This document shows positions 7,565 through 21,400 of a stretch of 37,478 bases of DNA, one piece after another. The notes under the pieces are model-generated. The model was not told the DNA's origin, did not search any database, and saw only the letters and a list, made by a program, of their open reading frames with translations. The stretch is from assembly GCA_900617105.1 (NCBI GenBank), contig UYFQ01000230.1, positions 1 to 37,478 of the forward strand. The letters run 5' to 3'. Source of the DNA: Hydrurus foetidus (lineage: Eukaryota). The first letter of the stretch is position 1, and every line of letters starts with the position of its first letter. The position numbers and the translations under genes were made by a program.

Positions 7565-9487
7565 TCCTTCGCCGATGTGGCAAGGCTCATCGACATCATG
7601 TCTGCTAAGATCCAACAGCCTCCACCGTTGGTCTCCCAACCGAAATCAACAGTTGGATCTGCCTCTATTCCAAGTGCTTCAACGCCCAAGGCTTCTTCTA
7701 TCTTATCGGTGCCCATATCAGAATACTTGGATACCACCTCTGCGCAATCGAAATTCTTCTTTTCGATGCCCAAGTTTTCCAACTCTGGGAAGGACAACCG
7801 CGACAACATGGAAATGTTCATGGTCGCTCTAGGTGAATGTAAACTTCTTACATTAGCCAAATGCGATCGTGAGTTACCAGTCATTACTGCTCGGAACCCT
7901 GGAGGGTATTCACCTAGGTCACTGGTATTAGCAGAAGAAGGATTGTATGATGTCATCCCAGCTGATGACATCTACAAAAGATTACACGATTTGGATCGAT
8001 TATTAGTTATCCTCAATATGGTTACTGGGAAAGATCTACATTATTTGATCAAGCGTGTGATTGCCGACAACGATGCGGTCTTATGGTTCAAGACTATCTA
8101 CGATCACATCAACGGCACAAAGAACAGCGACATCAGGAAGGCAACGGATCAGCTCCACTCCCTGAAGCTTAAGTCCACACAAACCATTCAGGAGAATGTG
8201 GCAACCATCGAAGAGGCCTTCAGAGTCCTCAAAGTCGCAAGTGGCGTGCTCGTCACTGATGATCAAAAGCTTTATCATCTACAGGAAAAGCTGGAGCATG
8301 ATGCAAGATTCAGCGTCTTATCAATCATGGCCTCATCAAAGACATCAAAGGCATCCTATGACGACACCATCAAATACCTTGTGCTTCTTGATCCTGCCCC
8401 AGCGGTAGTTCACAAGATGGCTTCCCTTACTCCAACCTTGGAGCTGTGCAGACGTCACATCGCTGGCCCATGTACCAACGGTTCCTCATGCAAGTATTCA
8501 CATGCAGCAGCGCCGCCAAACAAGGGAGCACCATCTGACAAGAAGCCCAACAAGAACCCGCCTCCTCTCAAGAAAGATCAGAAGACTCCACAGAAGTTTC
8601 CTTTCAAGAAACCAATCATCGTGTCAGATTCCCATCGATCACTTGTTGGTTATCCCAAAGGAGTTGCAACGGCAAAGAACCCAGCTGGATACTCATTGAA
8701 CCAACTTACAACCATCAGGACTTTGCAATCTGCTGATGTTGACGGCTGGACTACAGGAGATCCTCAGTATTTCAATGGCGATGGGTCGAGCAACCATATC
8801 GATCGGTTCAATGTTCTTCGCTTCAAGGAACAATCAACGACATCCATTGCTGAGTTCCCAGAGTTCTACCACCTTGAGCCCTTTCCAAGACTTCGTGAGA
8901 TCAGACGTCACCTGTTCACAATGCTCAACTCGGTCGAGAAGTATAACAGATTCGCCGGTTCATCTCCCAGCGACTACGATGGATCTCCTACTGATCCTCT
9001 CTCCGGAATTGTTGTCAGCTTCCAAGACCTGACAGCAGCTGAACCAAGGATGGTACACATCTTGGTGGCATTCACATGGCTTTCAGAGAGCCCAACCATC
9101 TCGAGATCCGTGAAAATCCGAGAAGATGTTCGTACAGCAGACAAACGGCTTATGAGGATGCTATACAAAATCGGAAACAGATTCTTGAACGCCGACGTGT
9201 TGATTCCAGACAGGGAGGGTTCCGAAAATTTCAGTTATATGAACTTCAACCCTCTCTCCGACAAATTCTATCATTCCGACGACTATGAGTTCTACCAATC
9301 AAACATGAGAAACGTGGAAAAGTACTTTGTTGCTATCAGATACATCATGGAGCATCCTGACATTCCATGGCGACTTCTACGTATTCTCTCTTTGGCTATT
9401 ATCTACGACTTTATGTCATTCTGCGCTCACTACTTCATGATGCAGTGCAATTGCAAGCTGACGAATCCCAGACAAGAGCAAATGTGA
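7565..9487 (+). CDS. gag: Copia-1 Gag continuation with CCCH finger, followed by an unknown domain; frameshifted in the first repeat unit
   Basis: 636-aa ORF from 7577; helical capsid-like region (DQLHSLK...EEAFRVL...DDQKLYHL); C-x7-C-x5-C-x3-H at 8447-8503; homologous to Copia-2 Gag. Confidence 0.8.
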   Translation, partial: SFADVARLIDIMSAKIQQPPPLVSQPKSTVGSASIPSASTPKASSILSVPISEYLDTTSAQSKFFFSMPKFSNSGKDNRDNMEMFMVALGECKLLTLAKCDRELPVITARNPGGYSPRSLVLAEEGLYDVIPADDIYKRLHDLDRLLVILNMVTGKDLHYLIKRVIADNDAVLWFKTIYDHINGTKNSDIRKATDQLHSLKLKSTQTIQENVATIEEAFRVLKVASGVLVTDDQKLYHLQEKLEHDARFSVLSIMASSKTSKASYDDTIKYLVLLDPAPAVVHKMASLTPTLELCRRHIAGPCTNGSSCKYSHAAAPPNKGAPSDKKPNKNPPPLKKDQKTPQKFPFKKPIIVSDSHRSLVGYPKGVATAKNPAGYSLNQLTTIRTLQSADVDGWTTGDPQYFNGDGSSNHIDRFNVLRFKEQSTTSIAEFPEFYHLEPFPRLREIRRHLFTMLNSVEKYNRFAGSSPSDYDGSPTDPLSGIVVSFQDLTAAEPRMVHILVAFTWLSESPTISRSVKIREDVRTADKRLMRMLYKIGNRFLNADVLIPDREGSENFSYMNFNPLSDKFYHSDDYEFYQSNMRNVEKYFVAIRYIMEHPDIPWRLLRILSLAIIYDFMSFCAHYFMMQCNCKLTNPRQEQM

Positions 9488-12400
9488 TATTCACATTGAA
9501 TACATATCGATCCAACGCACAGTTCTTGGATCAGATAGTCTTCCACGATGCTTTTTCTGCAGTCATCAACAACATCAAACCAATGCCTCCAGCACCACAG
9601 TCTTATGCATTGCAGACAAGCCCAATCACGACATCATATTCACGTATGAGTGCCATCAACAGAGAGGACCTGCTTAGTGAGACGACTGACCACACTGAAG
9701 AAAATGACATTCCATGGCGACTTCTACGTATTCTCTCTTTGGCTATTATCTACGACTTTATGTCATTCTGCGCTCAACTACTTCATGATGCAGTGCAAAT
9801 GCAAGCTGACGAATCCCAGACAAGAGCAAATGTGATATTCACATTGAATACATATCGATCCAACGCACAGTTCTTGGATCAGATAGTCTTCCACGATGCT
9901 TTTTCTGCAGTCATCAACAACATCAAACCAATGCCTCCAGCACCACAGTCTTATGCATTGCAGACAAGCCCAATCACGACATCATATTCACGTATGAGTG
10001 CCATCAACAGAGAGGACCTGCTTAGTGAGACGACTGACCACACTGAAGAAAATGACATTCCATGGCGACTTCTACGTATTCTCTCTTTGGCTATTATCTA
10101 CGACTTTATGTCATTCTGCGCTCACTACTTCATGATGCAGTGCAAATGCAAGCTGACGAATCCCAGACAAGAGCAAATGTGATATTCACATTGAATACAT
10201 ATCGATCCAACGCACAGTTCTTGGATCAGATAGTCTTCCACGATGCTTTTTCTGCAGTCATCAACAACATCAAACCAATGCCTCCAGCACCACAGTCTTA
10301 TGCATTGCAGACAAGCCCAATCACGACATCATATTCACGTATGAGTGCCATCAACAGAGAGGACCTGCTTAGTGAGACGACTGACCACACTGAAGAAAAT
10401 GACATTCCATGGCGACTTCTACGTATTCTCTCTTTGGCTATTATCTACGACTTTATGTCATTCTGCGCTCAACTACTTCATGATGCAGTGCAATTGCAAG
10501 CTGACGAATCCCAGACAAGAGCAAATGTGATATTCACATTGAATACATATCGATCCAACGCACAGTTCTTGGATCAGATAGTCTTCCACGATGCTTTTTC
10601 TGCAGTCATCAACAACATCAAACCAATGCCTCCAGCACCACAGTCTTATGCATTGCAGACAAGCCCAATCACGACATCATATTCACGTATGAGTGCCATC
10701 AACAGAGAGGACCTGCTTAGTGAGACGACTGACCACACTGAAGAAAATGACATTCCATGGCGACTTCTACGTATTCTCTCTTTGGCTATTATCTACGACT
10801 TTATGTCATTCTGCGCTCAACTACTTCATGATGCAGTGCAAATGCAAGCTGACGAATCCCAGACAAGAGCAAATGTGATATTCACATTGAATACATATCG
10901 ATCCAACGCACAGTTCTTGGATCAGATAGTCTTCCACGATGCTTTTTCTGCAGTCATCAACAACATCAAACCAATGCCTCCAGCACCACAGTCTTATGCA
11001 TTGCAGACAAGCCCAATCACGACATCATATTCACGTATGAGTGCCATCAACAGAGAGGACCTGCTTAGTGAGACGACTGACCACACTGAAGAAAATGACA
11101 TTCCATGGCGACTTCTACGTATTCTCTCTTTGGCTATTATCTACGACTTTATGTCATTCTGCGCTCAACTACTTCATGATGCAGTGCAAATGCAAGCTGA
11201 CGAATCCCAGACAAGAGCAAATGTGATATTCACATTGAATACATATCGATCCAACGCACAGTTCTTGGATCAGATAGTCTTCCACGATGCTTTTTCTGCA
11301 ATCATCAACAACATCAAACCAATGCCTCCAGCACCACAGTCTTATGCATTGCAGACAAGCCCAATCACGACATCATATTCACGTATGAGTGCCATCAACA
11401 GAGAGGACCTGCTTAGTGAGACGACTGACCACACTGAAGAAAATGACATTCCATGGCGACTTCTACGTATTCTCTCTTTGGCTATTATCTACGACTTTAT
11501 GTCATTCTGCGCTCAACTACTTCATGATGCAGTGCAAATGCAAGCTGACGAATCCCAGACAAGAGCAAATGTGATATTCACATTGAATACATATCGATCC
11601 AACGCACAGTTCTTGGATCAGATAGTCTTCCACGATGCTTTTTCTGCAGTCATCAACAACATCAAACCAATGCCTCCAGCACCACAGTCTTATGCATTGC
11701 AGACAAGCCCAATCACGACATCATATTCACGTATGAGTGCCATCAACAGAGAGGACCTGCTTAGTGAGACGACTGACCACACTGAAGAAAATGACATTCC
11801 ATGGCGACTTCTACGTATTCTCTCTTTGGCTATTATCTACGACTTTATGTCATTCTGCGCTCAACTACTTCATGATGCAGTGCAAATGCAAGCTGACGAA
11901 TCCCAGACAAGAGCAAATGTGATATTCACATTGAATACATATCGATCCAACGCACAGTTCTTGGATCAGATAGTCTTCCACGATGCTTTTTCTGCAGTCA
12001 TCAACAACATCAAACCAATGCCTCCAGCACCACAGTCTTATGCATTGCAGACAAGCCCAATCACGACATCATATTCACGTATGAGTGCCATCAACAGAGA
12101 GGACCTGCTTAGTGAGACGACTGACCACACTGAAGAAAATGACATTCCATGGCGACTTCTACGTATTCTCTCTTTGGCTATTATCTACGACTTTATGTCA
12201 TTCTGCGCTCAACTACTTCATGATGCAGTGCAAATGCAAGCTGACGAATCCCAGACAAGAGCAAATGTGATATTCACATTGAATACATATCGATCCAACG
12301 CACAGTTCTTGGATCAGATAGTCTTCCACGATGCTTTTTCTGCAGTCATCAACAACATCAAACCAATGCCTCCAGCACCACAGTCTTATGCATTGCAGAC

Positions 12401-15400
12401 AAGCCCAATCACGACATCATATTCACGTATGAGTGCCATCAACAGAGAGGACCTGCTTAGTGAGACGACTGACCACACTGAAGAAAATGACATTCCATGG
12501 CGACTTCTACGTATTCTCTCTTTGGCTATTATCTACGACTTTATGTCATTCTGCGCTCAACTACTTCATGATGCAGTGCAAATGCAAGCTGACGAATCCC
12601 AGACAAGAGCAAATGTGATATTCACATTGAATACATATCGATCCAACGCACAGTTCTTGGATCAGATAGTCTTCCACGATGCTTTTTCTGCAGTCATCAA
12701 CAACATCAAACCAATGCCTCCAGCACCACAGTCTTATGCATTGCAGACAAGCCCAATCACGACATCATATTCACGTATGAGTGCCATCAACAGAGAGGAC
12801 CTGCTTAGTGAGACGACTGACCACACTGAAGAAAATGACATTCCATGGCGACTTCTACGTATTCTCTCTTTGGCTATTATCTACGACTTTATGTCATTCT
12901 GCGCTCACTACTTCATGATGCAGTGCAAATGCAAGCTGACGAATCCCAGACAAGAGCAAATGTGATATTCACATTGAATACATATCGATCCAACGCACAG
13001 TTCTTGGATCAGATAGTCTTCCACGATGCTTTTTCTGCAGTCATCAACAACATCAAACCAATGCCTCCAGCACCACAGTCTTATGCATTGCAGACAAGCC
13101 CAATCACGACATCATATTCACGTATGAGTGCCATCAACAGAGAGGACCTGCTTAGTGAGACGACTGACCACACTGAAGAAAATGACATTCCATGGCGACT
13201 TCTACGTATTCTCTCTTTGGCTATTATCTACGACTTTATGTCATTCTGCGCTCAACTACTTCATGATGCAGTGCAAATGCAAGCTGACGAATCCCAGACA
13301 AGAGCAAATGTGATATTCACATTGAATACATATCGATCCAACGCACAGTTCTTGGATCAGATAGTCTTCCACGATGCTTTTTCTGCAGTCATCAACAACA
13401 TCAAACCAATGCCTCCAGCACCACAGTCTTATGCATTGCAGACAAGCCCAATCACGACATCATATTCACGTATGAGTGCCATCAACAGAGAGGACCTGCT
13501 TAGTGAGACGACTGACCACACTGAAGAAAATGACATTCCATGGCGACTTCTACGTATTCTCTCTTTGGCTATTATCTACGACTTTATGTCATTCTGCGCT
13601 CAACTACTTCATGATGCAGTGCAAATGCAAGCTGACGAATCCCAGACAAGAGCAAATGTGATATTCACATTGAATACATATCGATCCAACGCACAGTTCT
13701 TGGATCAGATAGTCTTCCACGATGCTTTTTCTGCAGTCATCAACAACATCAAACCAATGCCTCCAGCACCACAGTCTTATGCATTGCAGACAAGCCCAAT
13801 CACGACATCATATTCACGTATGAGTGCCATCAACAGAGAGGACCTGCTTAGTGAGACGACTGACCACACTGAAGAAAATGACATTCCATGGCGACTTCTA
13901 CGTATTCTCTCTTTGGCTATTATCTACGACTTTATGTCATTCTGAGCTCAACTACTTCATGATGCAGTGCAAATGCAAGCTGACGAATCCCAGACAAGAG
14001 CAAATGTGATATTCACATTGAATACATATCGATCCAACGCACAGTTCTTGGATCAGATAGTCTTCCACGATGCTTTTCTGCAGTCATCAACAACATCAAA
14101 CCAATGCCTCCAGCACCACAGTCTTATGCATTGCAGACAAGCCCAATCACGACATCATATTCACGTATGAGTGCCATCAACAGAGAGGACCTGCTTAGTG
14201 AGACGACTGACCACACTGAAGAAAATGACATTCCATGGCGACTTCTACGTATTCTCTCTTTGGCTATTATCTACGACTTTATGTCATTCTGAGCTCAACT
14301 ACTTCATGATGCAGTGCAAATGCAAGCTGACGAATCCCAGACAAGAGCAAATGTGATATTCACATTGAATACATATCGATCCAACGCACAGTTCTTGGAT
14401 CAGATAGTCTTCCACGATGCTTTTTCTGCAGTCATCAACAACATCAAACCAATGCCTCCAGCACCACAGTCTTATGCATTGCAGACAAGCCCAATCACGA
14501 CATCATATTCACGTATGAGTGCCATCAACAGAGAGGACCTGCTTAGTGAGACGACTGACCACACTGAAGAAAATGACATTCCATGGCGACTTCTACGTAT
14601 TCTCTCTTTGGCTATTATCTACGACTTTATGTCATTCTGCGCTCAACTACTTCATGATGCAGTGCAAATGCAAGCTGACGAATCCCAGACAAGAGCAAAT
14701 GTGATATTCACATTGAATACATATCGATCCAACGCACAGTTCTTGGATCAGATAGTCTTCCACGATGCTTTTTCTGCAGTCATCAACAACATCAAACCAA
14801 TGCCTCCAGCACCACAGTCTTATGCATTGCAGACAAGCCCAATCACGACATCATATTCACGTATGAGTGCCATCAACAGAGAGGACCTGCTTAGTGAGAC
14901 GACTGACCACACTGAAGAAAATGACATTCCATGGCGACTTCTACGTATTCTCTCTTTGGCTATTATCTACGACTTTATGTCATTCTGCGCTCAACTACTT
15001 CATGATGCAGTGCAAATGCAAGCTGACGAATCCCAGACAAGAGCAAATGTGATATTCACATTGAATACATATCGATCCAACGCACAGTTCTTGGATCAGA
15101 TAGTCTTCCACGATGCTTTTTCTGCAGTCATCAACAACATCAAACCAATGCCTCCAGCACCACAGTCTTATGCATTGCAGACAAGCCCAATCACGACATC
15201 ATATTCACGTATGAGTGCCATCAACAGAGAGGACCTGCTTAGTGAGACGACTGACCACACTGAAGAAAATGACATTCCATGGCGACTTCTACGTATTCTC
15301 TCTTTGGCTATTATCTACGACTTTATGTCATTCTGCGCTCAACTACTTCATGATGCAGTGCAAATGCAAGCTGACGAATCCCAGACAAGAGCAAATGTGA

Positions 15401-18400
15401 TATTCACATTGAATACATATCGATCCAACGCACAGTTCTTGGATCAGATAGTCTTCCACGATGCTTTTTCTGCAGTCATCAACAACATCAAACCAATGCC
15501 TCCAGCACCACAGTCTTATGCATTGCAGACAAGCCCAATCACGACATCATATTCACGTATGAGTGCCATCAACAGAGAGGACCTGCTTAGTGAGACGACT
15601 GACCACACTGAAGAAAATGACATTCCATGGCGACTTCTACGTATTCTCTCTTTGGCTATTATCTACGACTTTATGTCATTCTGCGCTCAACTACTTCATG
15701 ATGCAGTGCAAATGCAAGCTGACGAATCCCAGACAAGAGCAAATGTGATATTCACATTGAATACATATCGATCCAACGCACAGTTCTTGGATCAGATAGT
15801 CTTCCACGATGCTTTTTCTGCAGTCATCAACAACATCAAACCAATGCCTCCAGCACCACAGTCTTATGCATTGCAGACAAGCCCAATCACGACATCATAT
15901 TCACGTATGAGTGCCATCAACAGAGAGGACCTGCTTAGTGAGACGACTGACCACACTGAAGAAAATGACATTCCATGGCGACTTCTACGTATTCTCTCTT
16001 TGGCTATTATCTACGACTTTATGTCATTCTGCGCTCAACTACTTCATGATGCAGTGCAAATGCAAGCTGACGAATCCCAGACAAGAGCAAATGTGATATT
16101 CACATTGAATACATATCGATCCAACGCACAGTTCTTGGATCAGATAGTCTTCCACGATGCTTTTTCTGCAGTCATCAACAACATCAAACCAATGCCTCCA
16201 GCACCACAGTCTTATGCATTGCAGACAAGCCCAATCACGACATCATATTCACGTATGAGTGCCATCAACAGAGAGGACCTGCTTAGTGAGACGACTGACC
16301 ACACTGAAGAAAATGACATTCCATGGCGACTTCTACGTATTCTCTCTTTGGCTATTATCTACGACTTTATGTCATTCTGCGCTCAACTACTTCATGATGC
16401 AGTGCAAATGCAAGCTGACGAATCCCAGACAAGAGCAAATGTGATATTCACATTGAATACATATCGATCCAACGCACAGTTCTTGGATCAGATAGTCTTC
16501 CACGATGCTTTTTCTGCAGTCATCAACAACATCAAACCAATGCCTCCAGCACCACAGTCTTATGCATTGCAGACAAGCCCAATCACGACATCATATTCAC
16601 GTATGAGTGCCATCAACAGAGAGGACCTGCTTAGTGAGACGACTGACCACACTGAAGAAAATGACATTCCATGGCGACTTCTACGTATTCTCTCTTTGGC
16701 TATTATCTACGACTTTATGTCATTCTGAGCTCAACTACTTCATGATGCAGTGCAAATGCAAGCTGACGAATCCCAGACAAGAGCAAATGTGATATTCACA
16801 TTGAATACATATCGATCCAACGCACAGTTCTTGGATCAGATAGTCTTCCACGATGCTTTTTCTGCAGTCATCAACAACATCAAACCAATGCCTCCAGCAC
16901 CACAGTCTTATGCATTGCAGACAAGCCCAATCACGACATCATATTCACGTATGAGTGCCATCAACAGAGAGGACCTGCTTAGTGAGACGACTGACCACAC
17001 TGAAGAAAATGACATTCCATGGCGACTTCTACGTATTCTCTCTTTGGCTATTATCTACGACTTTATGTCATTCTGCGCTCAACTACTTCATGATGCAGTG
17101 CAAATGCAAGCTGACGAATCCCAGACAAGAGCAAATGTGATATTCACATTGAATACATATCGATCCAACGCACAGTTCTTGGATCAGATAGTCTTCCACG
17201 ATGCTTTTTCTGCAGTCATCAACAACATCAAACCAATGCCTCCAGCACCACAGTCTTATGCATTGCAGACAAGCCCAATCACGACATCATATTCACGTAT
17301 GAGTGCCATCAACAGAGAGGACCTGCTTAGTGAGACGACTGACCACACTGAAGAAAATGACATTCCATGGCGACTTCTACGTATTCTCTCTTTGGCTATT
17401 ATCTACGACTTTATGTCATTCTGCGCTCAACTACTTCATGATGCAGTGCAAATGCAAGCTGACGAATCCCAGACAAGAGCAAATGTGATATTCACATTGA
17501 ATACATATCGATCCAACGCACAGTTCTTGGATCAGATAGTCTTCCACGATGCTTTTTCTGCAGTCATCAACAACATCAAACCAATGCCTCCAGCACCACA
17601 GTCTTATGCATTGCAGACAAGCCCAATCACGACATCATATTCACGTATGAGTGCCATCAACAGAGAGGACCTGCTTAGTGAGACGACTGACCACACTGAA
17701 GAAAATGACATTCCATGGCGACTTCTACGTATTCTCTCTTTGGCTATTATCTACGACTTTATGTCATTCTGCGCTCACTACTTCATGATGCAGTGCAAAT
17801 GCAAGCTGACGAATCCCAGACAAGAGCAAATGTGATATTCACATTGAATACATATCGATCCAACGCACAGTTCTTGGATCAGATAGTCTTCCACGATGCT
17901 TTTTCTGCAGTCATCAACAACATCAAACCAATGCCTCCAGCACCACAGTCTTATGCATTGCAGACAAGCCCAATCACGACATCATATTCACGTATGAGTG
18001 CCATCAACAGAGAGGACCTGCTTAGTGAGACGACTGACCACACTGAAGAAAATGACATTCCATGGCGACTTCTACGTATTCTCTCTTTGGCTATTATCTA
18101 CGACTTTATGTCATTCTGCGCTCACTACTTCATGATGCAGTGCAAATGCAAGCTGACGAATCCCAGACAAGAGCAAATGTGATATTCACATTGAATACAT
18201 ATCGATCCAACGCACAGTTCTTGGATCAGATAGTCTTCCACGATGCTTTTTCTGCAATCATCAACAACATCAAACCAATGCCTCCAGCACCACAGTCTTA
18301 TGCATTGCAGACAAGCCCAATCACGACATCATATTCACGTATGAGTGCCATCAACAGAGAGGACCTGCTTAGTGAGACGACTGACCACACTGAAGAAAAT

Positions 18401-21400
18401 GACATTCCATGGCGACTTCTACGTATTCTCTCTTTGGCTATTATCTACGACTTTATGTCATTCTGCGCTCACTACTTCATGATGCAGTGCAAATGCAAGC
18501 TGACGAATCCCAGACAAGAGCAAATGTGATATTCACATTGAATACATATCGATCCAACGCACAGTTCTTGGATCAGATAGTCTTCCACGATGCTTTTCTG
18601 CAGTCATCAACAACATCAAACCAATGCCTCCAGCACCACAGTCTTATGCATTGCAGACAAGCCCAATCACGACATCATATTCACGTATGAGTGCCATCAA
18701 CAGAGAGGACCTGCTTAGTGAGACGACTGACCACACTGAAGAAAATGACATTCCATGGCGACTTCTACGTATTCTCTCTTTGGCTATTATCTACGACTTT
18801 ATGTCATTCTGCGCTCAACTACTTCATGATGCAGTGCAAATGCAAGCTGACGAATCCCAGACAAGAGCAAATGTGATATTCACATTGAATACATATCGAT
18901 CCAACGCACAGTTCTTGGATCAGATAGTCTTCCACGATGCTTTTTCTGCAGTCATCAACAACATCAAACCAATGCCTCCAGCACCACAGTCTTATGCATT
19001 GCAGACAAGCCCAATCACGACATCATATTCACGTATGAGTGCCATCAACAGAGAGGACCTGCTTAGTGAGACGACTGACCACACTGAAGAAAATGACATT
19101 CCATGGCGACTTCTACGTATTCTCTCTTTGGCTATTATCTACGACTTTATGTCATTCTGCGCTCAACTACTTCATGATGCAGTGCAAATGCAAGCTGACG
19201 AATCCCAGACAAGAGCAAATGTGATATTCACATTGAATACATATCGATCCAACGCACAGTTCTTGGATCAGATAGTCTTCCACGATGCTTTTTCTGCAGT
19301 CATCAACAACATCAAACCAATGCCTCCAGCACCACAGTCTTATGCATTGCAGACAAGCCCAATCACGACATCATATTCACGTATGAGTGCCATCAACAGA
19401 GAGGACCTGCTTAGTGAGACGACTGACCACACTGAAGAAAATGACATTCCATGGCGACTTCTACGTATTCTCTCTTTGGCTATTATCTACGACTTTATGT
19501 CATTCTGCGCTCAACTACTTCATGATGCAGTGCAAATGCAAGCTGACGAATCCCAGACAAGAGCAAATGTGATATTCACATTGAATACATATCGATCCAA
19601 CGCACAGTTCTTGGATCAGATAGTCTTCCACGATGCTTTTTCTGCAGTCATCAACAACATCAAACCAATGCCTCCAGCACCACAGTCTTATGCATTGCAG
19701 ACAAGCCCAATCACGACATCATATTCACGTATGAGTGCCATCAACAGAGAGGACCTGCTTAGTGAGACGACTGACCACACTGAAGAAAATGACATTCCAT
19801 GGCGACTTCTACGTATTCTCTCTTTGGCTATTATCTACGACTTTATGTCATTCTGCGCTCAACTACTTCATGATGCAGTGCAAATGCAAGCTGACGAATC
19901 CCAGACAAGAGCAAATGTGATATTCACATTGAATACATATCGATCCAACGCACAGTTCTTGGATCAGATAGTCTTCCACGATGCTTTTTCTGCAGTCATC
20001 AACAACATCAAACCAATGCCTCCAGCACCACAGTCTTATGCATTGCAGACAAGCCCAATCACGACATCATATTCACGTATGAGTGCCATCAACAGAGAGG
20101 ACCTGCTTAGTGAGACGACTGACCACACTGAAGAAAATGACATTCCATGGCGACTTCTACGTATTCTCTCTTTGGCTATTATCTACGACTTTATGTCATT
20201 CTGCGCTCAACTACTTCATGATGCAGTGCAAATGCAAGCTGACGAATCCCAGACAAGAGCAAATGTGATATTCACATTGAATACATATCGATCCAACGCA
20301 CAGTTCTTGGATCAGATAGTCTTCCACGATGCTTTTTCTGCAGTCATCAACAACATCAAACCAATGCCTCCAGCACCACAGTCTTATGCATTGCAGACAA
20401 GCCCAATCACGACATCATATTCACGTATGAGTGCCATCAACAGAGAGGACCTGCTTAGTGAGACGACTGACCACACTGAAGAAAATGACATTCCATGGCG
20501 ACTTCTACGTATTCTCTCTTTGGCTATTATCTACGACTTTATGTCATTCTGCGCTCACTACTTCATGATGCAGTGCAAATGCAAGCTGACGAATCCCAGA
20601 CAAGAGCAAATGTGATATTCACATTGAATACATATCGATCCAACGCACAGTTCTTGGATCAGATAGTCTTCCACGATGCTTTTTCTGCAGTCATCAACAA
20701 CATCAAACCAATGCCTCCAGCACCACAGTCTTATGCATTGCAGACAAGCCCAATCACGACATCATATTCACGTATGAGTGCCATCAACAGAGAGGACCTG
20801 CTTAGTGAGACGACTGACCACACTGAAGAAAATGACATTCCATGGCGACTTCTACGTATTCTCTCTTTGGCTATTATCTACGACTTTATGTCATTCTGCG
20901 CTCACTACTTCATGATGCAGTGCAAATGCAAGCTGACGAATCCCAGACAAGAGCAAATGTGATATTCACATTGAATACATATCGATCCAACGCACAGTTC
21001 TTGGATCAGATAGTCTTCCACGATGCTTTTTCTGCAGTCATCAACAACATCAAACCAATGCCTCCAGCACCACAGTCTTATGCATTGCAGACAAGCCCAA
21101 TCACGACATCATATTCACGTATGAGTGCCATCAACAGAGAGGACCTGCTTAGTGAGACGACTGACCACACTGAAGAAAATGACATTCCATGGCGACTTCT
21201 ACGTATTCTCTCTTTGGCTATTATCTACGACTTTATGTCATTCTGCGCTCAACTACTTCATGATGCAGTGCAAATGCAAGCTGACGAATCCCAGACAAGA
21301 GCAAATGTGATATTCACATTGAATACATATCGATCCAACGCACAGTTCTTGGATCAGATAGTCTTCCACGATGCTTTTTCTGCAGTCATCAACAACATCA

